Source of the DNA: Gammaproteobacteria bacterium
GTDB taxonomy: Bacteria; Pseudomonadota; Gammaproteobacteria; UBA4575
Direction: 5' to 3'
Assembly: GCA_965221955.1 (NCBI GenBank)
Contig: CBDCTA010000014.1
Location: 8,342-72,341 of the forward strand
Length of the DNA: 64,000 nt
Positions 1-10,358 of this stretch are shown one piece after another. The position numbers and the translations under genes were made by a program. Positions within the stretch are counted from its first letter, which is position 1. Every line of letters begins with the position of its first letter. The notes beneath the pieces were generated by a model. That model was not told the origin of the DNA. It saw only the letters and a list, made by a program, of their open reading frames with translations, and ran no database searches.

Positions 1-34
1 GTTTCTTTAGCGGTTGCTGGTTGACAGTAAAAAT

Positions 35-63
35 ATTTCCGCTTTTGGCCGTAAGCGGACATT
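35..63. repeat. Palindromic REP-like hairpin (TCCGCTTTTGGCCGTAAGCGGACATT)
   Basis: Stem TCCGCTT(38-44)/AAGCGGA(53-59); related arms recur at 45148-45161 and 45414-45428. Confidence 0.6.
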
Positions 64-142
64 TTAATTTAGACTGGCTTTAATCTGATACAACATCCTT
101 GTTGTAGCTCTTATTCGTACTTCCATGTACTCACTAATTGGC

Positions 143-241
143 CGACAGAAATTTGCTCCTCGGCAACTGCTCCTGCGTTACTCTACCTCCCGCATCCTTG
201 CAGCCGTGCAATTTCTGCACTTCCGCCATCCATGGTGGTCG
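143..241. repeat. Nested small palindromic elements (GCTCCTGC and CATCC[A/T]TG stem-loops)
   Basis: Inner unit 161-207 interrupts an outer unit of the same architecture; further ATCCTTG/TTCCATG hairpins at about 89-130. Confidence 0.6.
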
Positions 242-256
242 AAGCAAACATTTAAA

Positions 257-685
257 TTAAGTACGAACCAATTTCGTTTTCGAAGCGATGTCGTGCCAAG
301 TTCGGTGTTGTTTGTCCCATAAGCTCCAAAGAAAGCCGAGTCCTAGTGCAAGCCAGGAAAGTGTTGCTACGGAGTAGCGAATCAGTGCAGTGCTCCAACT
401 TATCTCTGAATCATCATCGTTTACTAATTGTATTTTCCATGTGCGCATGCCCAATGTCTGTCCGTTATGGGTCCAAAACCAAGCAAAGAAAATAAATGCA
501 ACAACAAAGATATACGCTTGATATAAAAAGAAAAAAGGATTTTCAGGTTTAAGGTTAAAGGGAACGACTACTAAGAAAGATGCAATGAATAGAACCGTAA
601 TTAACAAAAAGAAATCATACAAAATTGCACCAAAGCGCCTTAATAAAGAAACATGTTGAATATTAGATGTGGATGTAGATTTCAT
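257..685 (-). CDS. RDD family membrane protein
   Basis: RRFGAILYD, GQTLGMRTWKI and RTWHDIASKT motifs; hydrophobic segments. Confidence 0.9.
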   Translation of the reverse strand: MKSTSTSNIQHVSLLRRFGAILYDFFLLITVLFIASFLVVVPFNLKPENPFFFLYQAYIFVVAFIFFAWFWTHNGQTLGMRTWKIQLVNDDDSEISWSTALIRYSVATLSWLALGLGFLWSLWDKQHRTWHDIASKTKLVRT

Positions 686-776
686 TGTGGTTTTTAATAA
701 CGATGTAAAAGTTGATTTTATTATGTGAAATTCATAAACTTAAACTTTATGAGGTTAATAATCCGATTTCAATTAC

Positions 777-1694
777 ATGAGTGATACCTCATTTACATTA
801 CCATCTGATCAACCCGTAATCGAAGCATTTTTAGATACGCTTTGGGTTGAACACGGTTTAAGTGAAAACACATTATCCGCGTATCGAAACGATTTGCTTG
901 GGCTTTCTAAGTGGCTGTCCAAGATGACGGTCAATATTACTGAGGCACGTCGGGATCATTTATTAGATTATTTATCCTATCGAGTGCAACAAGGCAGTAT
1001 GCCGCGCACTTCGGCAAGATTGTTATCCAGTATTCGTCGTTTTTATCGTTATTTAGTGCGCCAGGGTGCAGTGCAAAAAGATCCGTCTGCACAAATCGAG
1101 TTTCCAAAACTTGGACGTCCTTTGCCCGAAACGTTAACCGAAGAAGAGGTTGAGCGTCTGCTTGCTGCACCGAATACTAATAAGGCACAAGGTGTACGTG
1201 ATCGAGCCATGTTAGAAGTGCTCTATGCATGCGGGTTGCGAGTTAGTGAGTTGATTGGTTTAACCTTAAGTCAGGTTAATTTAAATCACGGCGTGATTCG
1301 TGTAATTGGAAAAGGTAACAAAGAACGCTTGATTCCATTTGGAGAACAGGCCAACGAGTGGATTTCTAAGTTTATAAATGAAGCGCGTGCAGATTTATTA
1401 AAAAATAATCGCCAATGTGATGCGTTGTTCATCACCAATCGTGGTGCTGCAATGACAAGGCAAGCATTTTGGCATTTGATAAAAAAGCACTCTAAGAATG
1501 TAGGGATTACTAAACACCTCTCACCACACACGCTGAGACATGCATTTGCAACACATTTATTGAATCATGGAGCTGATTTGCGCGTGGTGCAGATGTTATT
1601 AGGGCATAGTGATTTGTCTACCACCCAGATCTATACGCACGTCGCGCAGGCTAGATTGCAGGAATTACACCGACAGCACCATCCCAGAGGATAG
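777..1694 (+). CDS. xerD: Site-specific tyrosine recombinase XerD
   Basis: LYACGLRVSEL, SPHTLRHAFATHLLNHGADLRVVQMLLGH, TTQIYTHV, C-terminal HHPRG; upstream of dsbC. Confidence 0.97.
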   Translation: MSDTSFTLPSDQPVIEAFLDTLWVEHGLSENTLSAYRNDLLGLSKWLSKMTVNITEARRDHLLDYLSYRVQQGSMPRTSARLLSSIRRFYRYLVRQGAVQKDPSAQIEFPKLGRPLPETLTEEEVERLLAAPNTNKAQGVRDRAMLEVLYACGLRVSELIGLTLSQVNLNHGVIRVIGKGNKERLIPFGEQANEWISKFINEARADLLKNNRQCDALFITNRGAAMTRQAFWHLIKKHSKNVGITKHLSPHTLRHAFATHLLNHGADLRVVQMLLGHSDLSTTQIYTHVAQARLQELHRQHHPRG

Positions 1695-1855
1695 ATATAA
1701 CTTAGCTAAATCTGTGTCTGGGCGGCTATTTTGGCCATTCTAAAGGCTGAAATTATTCTTCTCGATTCGGGTCCTATATAGTACGGCTGTAATCGGCCTA
1801 CGATAATCTAAAAATCCATAATATTTATTTCATATTAAATAGGGAATTAACAGTA

Positions 1856-2587
1856 ATGTATAAGTTGATCATTTCTTTCGTACTCGTTTTATTTTGCACA
1901 CAAGTTGCCTACGCGGATCAGGCAGAACATGTTGCAAATATTATGGAGCGTTTAGAAAAGCTAGCGCCGCAAGAGAAACCAGATTCAGTAAAACCTACAG
2001 CTGTAGCTGGTTTGTATGAAGTGGTATTTGGTTCGGAGATTTTTTATGTTTCCTCTGATGGTCGATATGTTTTACAAGGAGCGCTGTTAGATTTGGATAC
2101 CAATGAAAACATGACTGAGACCACAAAAGCTTCATTGCGTAAAACTGCGATGAGTCAGCTAAAAGAGTCTGAAATGATTGTGTTTTCTCCTGAAAAGCCT
2201 CGTCATACACTTACAGTGTTTACCGATATTGATTGCGGTTACTGTAGAAAATTACACGCAGAAATGGATCAGCTAAATAGTTATGGTGTGAAAATTCGTT
2301 ATATGATGTTTCCACGTAGTGGGCCCAACACCCCATCTTTCCAAAAGGCCGTAAATGTTTGGTGTGCTAAAGATCAACAAGTATCAATGACCAAAGCGAA
2401 GGCGGGCGAAAGTGTTCCTCAAGCGAACTGTGATAATCCTATCGCATCTCAATTTAATGTCGGGCAACAATTAGGTGTTACTGGGACACCTGCATTGTTA
2501 CTTGATGATGGGACTTTAATTCCTGGTTATCGTCCGGCGAAAGATTTGGCTGCGATGTTGGATGAACAAGCTAAGAAGACTAATTAA
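1856..2587 (+). CDS. dsbC: Thiol:disulfide isomerase DsbC
   Basis: Signal peptide, FTDIDCGYC, GVTGTP; xerD-dsbC synteny. Confidence 0.95.
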   Translation: MYKLIISFVLVLFCTQVAYADQAEHVANIMERLEKLAPQEKPDSVKPTAVAGLYEVVFGSEIFYVSSDGRYVLQGALLDLDTNENMTETTKASLRKTAMSQLKESEMIVFSPEKPRHTLTVFTDIDCGYCRKLHAEMDQLNSYGVKIRYMMFPRSGPNTPSFQKAVNVWCAKDQQVSMTKAKAGESVPQANCDNPIASQFNVGQQLGVTGTPALLLDDGTLIPGYRPAKDLAAMLDEQAKKTN

Positions 2588-5500
2588 TTAACTCTTCCTC
2601 TGAAAAATCATACTGTGCTGGAATCGACGTAAATAAGATCGAAGCTCGTATTGCTTTCTCAGGATAAAGTTTCGTTACGGCATTACGATAAGTGTTGATC
2701 TGATTTAGATATTGTTTAGCATGTTCTTGCATAGTCTCAATAGCCACATCGCTCGTGGTTTTATAGTCAATGACCCAAGCGGTCGAATCTGTAATGATCA
2801 GTAGATCGATGATGCGATAAAAAACGTTGTCTTTGTTGGTGAAGCTGATAGGTATTTCTTTTAAAATTTCTTTTCCAGGAGCTTCAGAAAATAACTCGTG
2901 TAGCTTGGGGGTTTCCAAACAATTTTTAACCTCATCAAGAGCGCGATCAAATTCTTGTGATGTTGTTGTGGTGCCCAGTGCGGTATCTACTACAAATTTT
3001 AATTCCTCATAATCTTGATTCTGGAAGTGCTTTTGTTCCGCGAGCTCTAGAATCTTATGTACTAGCGTTCCATAATCTGCTTGCTGCTCATCTATTGCAG
3101 CAAGTTGTTCAGTGGAAGGGTTTGTTACATCCGTTATAGGGAAGGGTAGGCTTAGATCGAAGTTTAGATCTAATTCTGGAGGCCCTTCTGTACTAGTTTG
3201 ATTATTTGGTTTTTTTGCTGCTGTGGGAGTGCCAAAACTAAACTCTAATGGCTCACCGTCGTCTGCTTTCTCAAACGCATCTTGAATGATAGAGTGCCAT
3301 GAAAATGTATTGTGTTTCGATGCAGTGCCGCTGACAAATAAATATTGTTTGGCGCGTGTAAGCGCTACATAAAGCAAATTAAGTTCTTCAAGATAATCCT
3401 TATTTATTTGGTGCTTAATAATGGCTTGTGTATCTTTATCTATGTCATCTTTACGTCCCAATATGAAGAACTGCTCGGGCTGTTGTGCGCTTGGTGGCCA
3501 ATTAATAATGGATTGATAAGTACGCGGTTTGCTTTTTTGTGGACCAGTGTCGATTAAAAATACTACCGGTGCTTCCAAGCCTTTTGCTGAATGAATCGTC
3601 ATGATTTGTACAGCGTTTTCACTCTGTTGTGGTTTATTGCTTGACAGTGAACTACTGGCATTTGGATTTTGTAAAGCTTGTAGAAACGATTGAATGCTTG
3701 AGTATCTGCCTGCATCTAAATCTAAACTCAGTTGTAATAAAGAGGTTAAATTTTCCAATACCTGTATTTTTAACTCCTCAGAGCCTTCATTGCTGATGCA
3801 ATGAGAATAACGAGTGAGTAGATTCGTTTGAAAATAGATTTGATCTAGTAGGTCATGAACCGGTAATGAATTTGCAATTTTTCTCCAGCTTTCTAATTGT
3901 TCAACTGCTTGTCTTGCAATGGAGTTATTGGCTTGCTTGGAATAGGTTTCAAGCTTTTCATGCCACGTAGGTTCTTTCTGCATAGCTATTTGCATCATTT
4001 TTTCATCACTGATGGCATACAATGGTGAGCGTAATACTTGTGCTAGTGCTAAATCATTATGAGTCTGAACAAGATAAGTCAGCAGCGCCAAAATATCTTG
4101 AACCTCCAAAGACGATAAAAAATCTTTGTCATAAGTACTGTTATAGGGGATCCTTTGTTCTCGTAAGGCAAGCTCAAGCTGTGCAAGATGAGTGCGATTT
4201 CTGGCGAGGATCATAATGTCGCGATACTCAATAATACGCGCACCAGAATCATTGAGAATACTGGTTGTGCTGTTTACTAATCGAGTGATCTTTTTTGCAA
4301 CTTGCTGACTTTCTATAAAGTGACAATCATATTCAATGTCTTGCTTGCCTTTGATCAGCGGATTGCGAAAAGAAGTTTGCTTGGCTTTGTCGTTGCCTAA
4401 GTCTTCTATAGAGATGAGCGGCTCAACATGCACTTCACCCCACAAATTAGACTGAATGGCACGATGCGGGTTGAAATTACTCAGTTCGATTTTTTCTTGA
4501 GAAAAAATTTGATTAACAAATTTTATAATTGCGGGTGATGAACGATAAGAGTCATCCGTTTCAAGCAAATCTGCATTCAGGTGTTGTTTGGCCCAATCGG
4601 CCGCGGTAAATTGCAGCTTTGAATTAGCGCGACGAAACCCGTATATGGATTGTTTGGCATCACCTACAAAAAATAAACTTCTATGATTGTCGTGAGCGTC
4701 GATCGCGAGCTCATCAAGTAAAGGTAATAGTAACTTCCATTGTGTGGGATTTGTGTCTTGGAATTCGTCGATTAAAATATGTTGAATGCGTTGATCGAGT
4801 TTGTATTGTACCCATGCAGCACTTTCATGTTGATTGAGTAGTAGATAGGTATACCACTCTAAATCATCAAAATCTAAAGTATGTTGATTAAATTTGAGAG
4901 ATTGATATTCGTCTAATAATAGCTTGCCTGCATAATACCAAGCTTGGTTAAACTCAAATAGAGCTTGTTTCTTTGTGTAATCAATATATTCCAAGAGTTG
5001 TTCGCAAATAGTTTCGTGCAGTACAAGAAACTTATGCATTTTCTCGGTACCCAAACTTTTTTCTAACGCTTTGCCAGTTTTAAGTTGACGTTTTTCAAAT
5101 TTTCTGGTTAAAAAAACGTAGAAAATGGTATTGAGATGCTGAATATCAGGTTGTTCTAGAAAACGAGACAGAGATTCACCATGACGCTGATTGGTTGCAG
5201 TTTGATGTAAAAATAGATATGAGGAATATTCTTGTGTTAGAGGTGTTATCGTTGTGATAAATGCTGCTTGATCAAAGGGTTTATTAAATAAGAGTTTGTG
5301 TAAGCATTTCTCTGCATATGCAGTAGGATCAGTTTGGTTTTCGGTAAAGCTCCACCAATCGCTTCTGGAGTCTAAAAAGGTATCTAGGACTTGATGGAAA
5401 TTATTGACACTATTGCAATGATCAAGCAGTTTGAATAATGTCTGGTTTAATTTTTCATGCTTTTCAGATTGCGCGAGTTTAAATAATCGTTTGCGCGCCT

Positions 5501-5966
5501 CCTGCTTGAGAGTCAATGTGTTTTCTGTAACTCGAAAGCCTGCAGGTACACCAGCATGAATTGCGAAGCGTTTTAGAATATCCTGGCAAAATGCATGAAA
5601 AGTAGTAATCCGTATCTCATGTTCTGCAAATAATAATTCTTCATATAACTTCCTCGCTTTTGCTATGCTTGCGTTGTTATATGAATGTGAAAGATCTTTT
5701 AGTGTTGTCTCTAATTGTGAGTCATCTGCAGAAGCCCATTCAGCCAATACTTTCATCAAACGTTCCTGCATTTCCGCAGCAGCTTTGCGAGTGAACGTAA
5801 TGGCTAAAATATGTGCGGGTTCAACACCATTAAGTAAAAGTTTTAATATACGGTGAACAAGAAGATAGGTTTTGCCGCTGCCTGCCGAAGCAAATACCGC
5901 AATATTTGCATAAGGGTCTGTGGCGCGTTTAGTCTTATTAGTTTGTTCAATATTGGAGCCCGTCAT
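2580..5966 (-). CDS. AddA/RecB-like UvrD helicase with C-terminal nuclease
   Basis: ASAGSGKT, ITFTRKAAAEM, LIDEFQDT, VGDAKQSIYGFR, MTIHSAKGLE, LYVALTRAK and C-terminal IDLL..IDYKT. Confidence 0.9.
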   Translation of the reverse strand: MTGSNIEQTNKTKRATDPYANIAVFASAGSGKTYLLVHRILKLLLNGVEPAHILAITFTRKAAAEMQERLMKVLAEWASADDSQLETTLKDLSHSYNNASIAKARKLYEELLFAEHEIRITTFHAFCQDILKRFAIHAGVPAGFRVTENTLTLKQEARKRLFKLAQSEKHEKLNQTLFKLLDHCNSVNNFHQVLDTFLDSRSDWWSFTENQTDPTAYAEKCLHKLLFNKPFDQAAFITTITPLTQEYSSYLFLHQTATNQRHGESLSRFLEQPDIQHLNTIFYVFLTRKFEKRQLKTGKALEKSLGTEKMHKFLVLHETICEQLLEYIDYTKKQALFEFNQAWYYAGKLLLDEYQSLKFNQHTLDFDDLEWYTYLLLNQHESAAWVQYKLDQRIQHILIDEFQDTNPTQWKLLLPLLDELAIDAHDNHRSLFFVGDAKQSIYGFRRANSKLQFTAADWAKQHLNADLLETDDSYRSSPAIIKFVNQIFSQEKIELSNFNPHRAIQSNLWGEVHVEPLISIEDLGNDKAKQTSFRNPLIKGKQDIEYDCHFIESQQVAKKITRLVNSTTSILNDSGARIIEYRDIMILARNRTHLAQLELALREQRIPYNSTYDKDFLSSLEVQDILALLTYLVQTHNDLALAQVLRSPLYAISDEKMMQIAMQKEPTWHEKLETYSKQANNSIARQAVEQLESWRKIANSLPVHDLLDQIYFQTNLLTRYSHCISNEGSEELKIQVLENLTSLLQLSLDLDAGRYSSIQSFLQALQNPNASSSLSSNKPQQSENAVQIMTIHSAKGLEAPVVFLIDTGPQKSKPRTYQSIINWPPSAQQPEQFFILGRKDDIDKDTQAIIKHQINKDYLEELNLLYVALTRAKQYLFVSGTASKHNTFSWHSIIQDAFEKADDGEPLEFSFGTPTAAKKPNNQTSTEGPPELDLNFDLSLPFPITDVTNPSTEQLAAIDEQQADYGTLVHKILELAEQKHFQNQDYEELKFVVDTALGTTTTSQEFDRALDEVKNCLETPKLHELFSEAPGKEILKEIPISFTNKDNVFYRIIDLLIITDSTAWVIDYKTTSDVAIETMQEHAKQYLNQINTYRNAVTKLYPEKAIRASILFTSIPAQYDFSEEELIN

Positions 5967-6044
5967 GCAGTTAGCATACTGACGTGATGGGATTCCTACA
6001 ATTACTATATTTATAAATCAAAAATTGAAATTTAAAGGAAGTAA

Positions 6045-7931
6045 ATGGTAGGTAAATACGACGCTTCTGATATTGAAGTATTGAGCGGGTTAGACCCAGT
6101 CCGCAAGCGACCTGGTATGTACACTGATGTGACGCGCCCTAACCATTTGGCGCATGAGGTGATCGACAACAGTGTCGATGAAGCAATTTCGGGGCATGCA
6201 AAATCTATCGACGTAAAACTTTATAAAGATGGTTCGCTAGAGGTTGCAGATGATGGCCGTGGCATGCCAGTAGATAAACATCCTAAGTTAAAACTACCTG
6301 GCGTCGAAGTTATCCTCAGCACTTTGCACGCAGGCGGTAAATTTTCGAATAAAAATTATTCTTTTTCGGGTGGTTTGCATGGCGTAGGGGTTTCGGTGGT
6401 CAATGCTTTATCAAAAAATCTTGAGATTTGGGTGCGTCGCGGTGGTAAAGAATACAACATGGCCTTTAAAGGCGGTAAGAAAAGTTCCAAGCTTGAAGTT
6501 GTGGGGAGTGTGGGACAAAGAAATACTGGTACGACAATACGTTTTTGGCCAGATGCAAAGTATTTTGAAAGCGATAAATTTTCGGTTCCAAAATTGCTGC
6601 ACACCATGCGGGCCAAAGCCATTTTATGTCCTGGATTAAAAATTACTTTTGATGATCAGCAAAATAAGAAAAAGCACGAATGGTATTTTGAAGATGGCTT
6701 AAAAGATTATTTGTTGGAATCCGTAGAAGGTATTGAACATATTCCACAAGATTCATTTTGTGAGCATTTTGAAGGTGAACAAGAAACGGTTGAATGGGCC
6801 ATTACCTGGTTGTTGGAAGAAGGTGAGGGTTTAAAAGAAAGTTATGTCAATCTTGTACCAACTGCGCAAGGGGGCACACATGTTTCAGGCTTGCGTACTG
6901 GACTTACCGAAGCTTTGCGAGAGTTTTGTGAGTTTCGAAAACTTTTACCACGCGGTGTAAAACTTACACCTGAAGATGTTTGGGAAAGACTGTGCTATGT
7001 ACTATCCGTCAAAATTAAAGACCCTCAATTTGCTGGGCAAACAAAGGAACGTTTAAGTTCGCGCGAAACAGCAGTGTTTGTTGCGGGAGTTGCTAAAGAT
7101 TCATTTGGTCATTGGCTGAATCAAAATGCTGAGTCTGGGGAACAAATTGCTCAACTGGCGATTAGTAATGCTGAATCACGTTTGCGTAAAAGCAAAAAAG
7201 TGGTACGTAAAAAAATTGCCAGCGGTCCAGCTCTACCTGGAAAGCTTGCTGATTGTACTTCTGAAGATTTATCGCGCACCGAATTATTTTTAGTAGAAGG
7301 AGATTCTGCAGGTGGCTCAGCAAAGCAAGCACGCGATCGTGTGTATCAAGCCATTATGCCGTTGCGAGGGAAGATATTAAACACTTGGGAGGTAGCTTCG
7401 GAGCAAGTGTTAGGTTCACAAGAGGTGCACGATATATCGGTTGCGATTGGTATTGAGCCAGGCAGCTCTGATTTGTCTGGATTGCGCTATGGAAAAATCT
7501 GTGTGTTAGCCGATGCGGATTCAGATGGATTGCATATCGCGACCTTGCTGTGTGCATTGTTCTTACAACATTTTCGCGCTTTAGTTGAAGCAGGGCATGT
7601 GTATATGGCGATGCCACCTTTGTATCGTATCGATGTAGGCAAAGAAGTGTTCTATGCGTTGGATGATGAAGAACAACAGGGTGTGTTAGATCGTGTTAAG
7701 GCTGAAAAGAAAACTGGTAAGATAACCATTACGCGCTTCAAAGGTTTGGGTGAAATGAATCCTATGCAGTTACGTGAATCGACAATGTCGGTGGATACCC
7801 GTCGCCTTGTACAGCTTTCATTAACAGATCAAAAGAAAACTGTTCAATTAATTGATATGTTGCTAGCAAAAAAACGTGCTGCGGATCGTAAGAAATGGCT
7901 GGAGAAAAAAGGAAACTTGGTGCGAGTATGA
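6045..7931 (+). CDS. parE: DNA topoisomerase IV subunit B
   Basis: GLDPVRKRPGMY, EVIDNSVDE, LVEGDSAGGS, PLRGKILN, DADSDG. Confidence 0.97.
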   Translation: MVGKYDASDIEVLSGLDPVRKRPGMYTDVTRPNHLAHEVIDNSVDEAISGHAKSIDVKLYKDGSLEVADDGRGMPVDKHPKLKLPGVEVILSTLHAGGKFSNKNYSFSGGLHGVGVSVVNALSKNLEIWVRRGGKEYNMAFKGGKKSSKLEVVGSVGQRNTGTTIRFWPDAKYFESDKFSVPKLLHTMRAKAILCPGLKITFDDQQNKKKHEWYFEDGLKDYLLESVEGIEHIPQDSFCEHFEGEQETVEWAITWLLEEGEGLKESYVNLVPTAQGGTHVSGLRTGLTEALREFCEFRKLLPRGVKLTPEDVWERLCYVLSVKIKDPQFAGQTKERLSSRETAVFVAGVAKDSFGHWLNQNAESGEQIAQLAISNAESRLRKSKKVVRKKIASGPALPGKLADCTSEDLSRTELFLVEGDSAGGSAKQARDRVYQAIMPLRGKILNTWEVASEQVLGSQEVHDISVAIGIEPGSSDLSGLRYGKICVLADADSDGLHIATLLCALFLQHFRALVEAGHVYMAMPPLYRIDVGKEVFYALDDEEQQGVLDRVKAEKKTGKITITRFKGLGEMNPMQLRESTMSVDTRRLVQLSLTDQKKTVQLIDMLLAKKRAADRKKWLEKKGNLVRV

Positions 7932-7949
7932 AAATATTATGCGAGGTCA

Positions 7950-7986
7950 GGTTAGAGAAAAGGGAAACTTAGCTCGAGTGAACTAA
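7950..7986 (+). repeat. Diverged duplicate of the parE 3' end
   Basis: GGTTAGAGAAAAGGGAAACTTAGCTCGAGTG aligns with 7897-7928 GGCTGGAGAAAAAAGGAAACTTGGTGCGAGTA. Confidence 0.6.
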
Positions 7987-7998
7987 CTAGTATTTAAT

Positions 7999-10266
7999 AT
8001 GAGTGATAATTTAGAAATGGACTTTGAACAGTCCGAAAAACTACCTATTCAAGAATTTGCTGAAAAAGCATATTTGGAATATTCCATGTATGTGATTCTG
8101 GATCGTGCTTTGCCAAATATTGGTGATGGCTTGAAGCCTGTGCAGCGCAGGATAATTTATTCCATGTCAGAACTTGGTTTGTCTGCAGCTTCGAAACATA
8201 AGAAGTCTGCACGTACAGTCGGTGATGTTATCGGAAAGTACCACCCACATGGTGACAGTGCTTGCTATGAAGCGATGGTGCTTATGGCGCAGTCTTTTTC
8301 GTATCGTTATCCATTGATTGATGGGCAAGGGAACTGGGGTTCAACGGACGATCCAAAATCATTTGCTGCAATGCGTTATACCGAGTCGCGTTTAACTAAA
8401 TATGCTAAAGCTTTATTGCAAGAGCTGGATCAGGGTACGACAGAATGGATTCCTAACTTTGATGGAACGTTATCGGAGCCATGTGTTTTACCTGCGCGTT
8501 TGCCGAATGTTTTGTTGAATGGAGGTATGGGTATCGCAGTAGGGATGTCTACTGATATTCCACCGCATAATTTAAATGAGGTTGTGAATGCTTGTGTGCA
8601 TTTGCTTGATCACCCTAAAGCAACGGTTGCTGAGCTCTGTAAACATATAAAAGGGCCAGATTATCCAACAGGTGCTGAAATTATTTCTGATCCGAAAGAA
8701 ATCAAAGAAATCTATACAACAGGTACAGGCTCTGTACGCATGCGAGCAGTGTATCAAAAAGAAGATGCGGATATTGTAGTGACTGCGTTACCTCATCAAG
8801 TATCTGGTGCGAAAGTGTTAGAGCAAATTGCACAACAAATGCAGGCGAAAAAATTACCTATGGTTCAAGATTTGCGTGACGAATCTGATCACGAAAACCC
8901 AATTCGCATCGTGATCACTCCGCGCAATAATCGCATCAATGTTGATGACTTAATGTCGCATATTTTTGCTACCACTGATTTAGAAAAAAATTATCGTGCT
9001 AATTTAAATGTAATTGGTATCGATGGGCGTCCGCAGGTAAAAAATCTACGTGATCTGCTAAAAGAATGGTTAGAGTTTAGAAAAGACACTGTAAAGAAAC
9101 GCTTGCAGTGGCGTTTAGATAAAGTGGCTAAACGTTTGCATGAATTAGACGGCTTGTTGATTGCTTATTTAAACATTGATGAAGTGATTAAGATTATTCG
9201 CAATGAAGATGATCCTAAAGCTAAGTTAATGAAAAAATTCAAGCTTAGCGATGAGCAAGCTGAATATATTTTAAATTTAAGGTTACGCAATTTAGCAAAA
9301 ATTGAAGAAATAAAAATAAAAACCGAGAAAAAAGAACTCGCAGCAGAACGAAAATCACTAGAACAAACACTAGGTTCAAATGCACGTTTGAAAACCTTAA
9401 TTAAAAAAGAGCTTAAACAAGATGCTGAAGAGTTTGGAGACGAGCGTCGTTCTAAATTAGTAAAACGTGAAGCAGCAACGGCAATTGATGAATCCAAATT
9501 AGTGCCTTCAGAAGCCATTACAGTAGTGCTATCACAAAAAGGTTGGGTACGCGCAGCTAAGAGTAATGATGTGAATGCGCGTGAGTTGAATTATAAGTCT
9601 GGCGATGCGTATCAGGACCATGCTTATGGAAAATCAAACCAAAATGCATTGTTCATTGATTCACGTGGTCGTTGTTATGCTTTGCCTGCGCACACACTAC
9701 CTTCGGCGCGGGGCCAGGGTGAGCCTCTCAGTGGCAAACTAAAACCAGCTGATGGTGCGCAATTTGTAGGGGTAATGATGGGTGAACCTGCCGATTATTA
9801 CTTGCTCTCTAGCAGTGCAGGTTATGGGTTTGTAGCTAAACTTGAAGATATGTTTACACGTAATCGTGCGGGTAAAGCGATGTTATCAGTACCTAAAGGC
9901 GCACAAGCATTGCCACCTATACGGGTGCGTGATATTGAAGAAGACTGGATTATTTCCATTGGTTCTGCAGGAAATATGCTGGTGATTCCATTGAATGAAA
10001 TCCCAATATTGCCAAAAGGAAAGGGTAATAAAATCATTAATATTCCAAGCAAGAAAGTGGTCAGTGGCGAAGAATCCATGCGTGCGATTGCATTAGTGCA
10101 AGATGGAGAAACCATTACTATATATGCAGGTAAACGTACTAAGAAAATGAAGGGCGATGAGATTGACACTTTTGTAGGTGAGCGTGGTCAAAGAGGGTTG
10201 AAGCTTTCACAAGGGTATCGAAGTGTGGATGCAATTGAGGTACACATAGAAGAGGATGAGGAATAA
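7999..10266 (+). CDS. parC: DNA topoisomerase IV subunit A
   Basis: [28 protein letters not shown]. Confidence 0.97.
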   Translation: MSDNLEMDFEQSEKLPIQEFAEKAYLEYSMYVILDRALPNIGDGLKPVQRRIIYSMSELGLSAASKHKKSARTVGDVIGKYHPHGDSACYEAMVLMAQSFSYRYPLIDGQGNWGSTDDPKSFAAMRYTESRLTKYAKALLQELDQGTTEWIPNFDGTLSEPCVLPARLPNVLLNGGMGIAVGMSTDIPPHNLNEVVNACVHLLDHPKATVAELCKHIKGPDYPTGAEIISDPKEIKEIYTTGTGSVRMRAVYQKEDADIVVTALPHQVSGAKVLEQIAQQMQAKKLPMVQDLRDESDHENPIRIVITPRNNRINVDDLMSHIFATTDLEKNYRANLNVIGIDGRPQVKNLRDLLKEWLEFRKDTVKKRLQWRLDKVAKRLHELDGLLIAYLNIDEVIKIIRNEDDPKAKLMKKFKLSDEQAEYILNLRLRNLAKIEEIKIKTEKKELAAERKSLEQTLGSNARLKTLIKKELKQDAEEFGDERRSKLVKREAATAIDESKLVPSEAITVVLSQKGWVRAAKSNDVNARELNYKSGDAYQDHAYGKSNQNALFIDSRGRCYALPAHTLPSARGQGEPLSGKLKPADGAQFVGVMMGEPADYYLLSSSAGYGFVAKLEDMFTRNRAGKAMLSVPKGAQALPPIRVRDIEEDWIISIGSAGNMLVIPLNEIPILPKGKGNKIINIPSKKVVSGEESMRAIALVQDGETITIYAGKRTKKMKGDEIDTFVGERGQRGLKLSQGYRSVDAIEVHIEEDEE

Positions 10267-10270
10267 GGCG

Positions 10271-10299
10271 CTTGAATTTATTAAAGTTAGGCTCCATAT
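10271..10299 (+). promoter_or_regulatory. Putative sigma32 promoter of htpX
   Basis: CTTGAA-15 nt-CTCCATAT resembles the RpoH consensus and precedes a heat-shock gene. Confidence 0.6.
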
Positions 10300-10358
10300 A
10301 TTGATAACATATATAAAGACTAAATTAGCATTATCTAAGAATTTTTGAGGACTGATGA

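Noticed and set aside
125-322. 65-aa ORF on the + strand
   Set aside because: Runs through the nested palindromic repeat and antisense into the RDD gene; no recognisable motif
777-1694. Tyrosine recombinase as island or integron integrase
   Set aside because: Sequence and xerD-dsbC context are those of housekeeping XerD; no integron-type insertion or attC array seen
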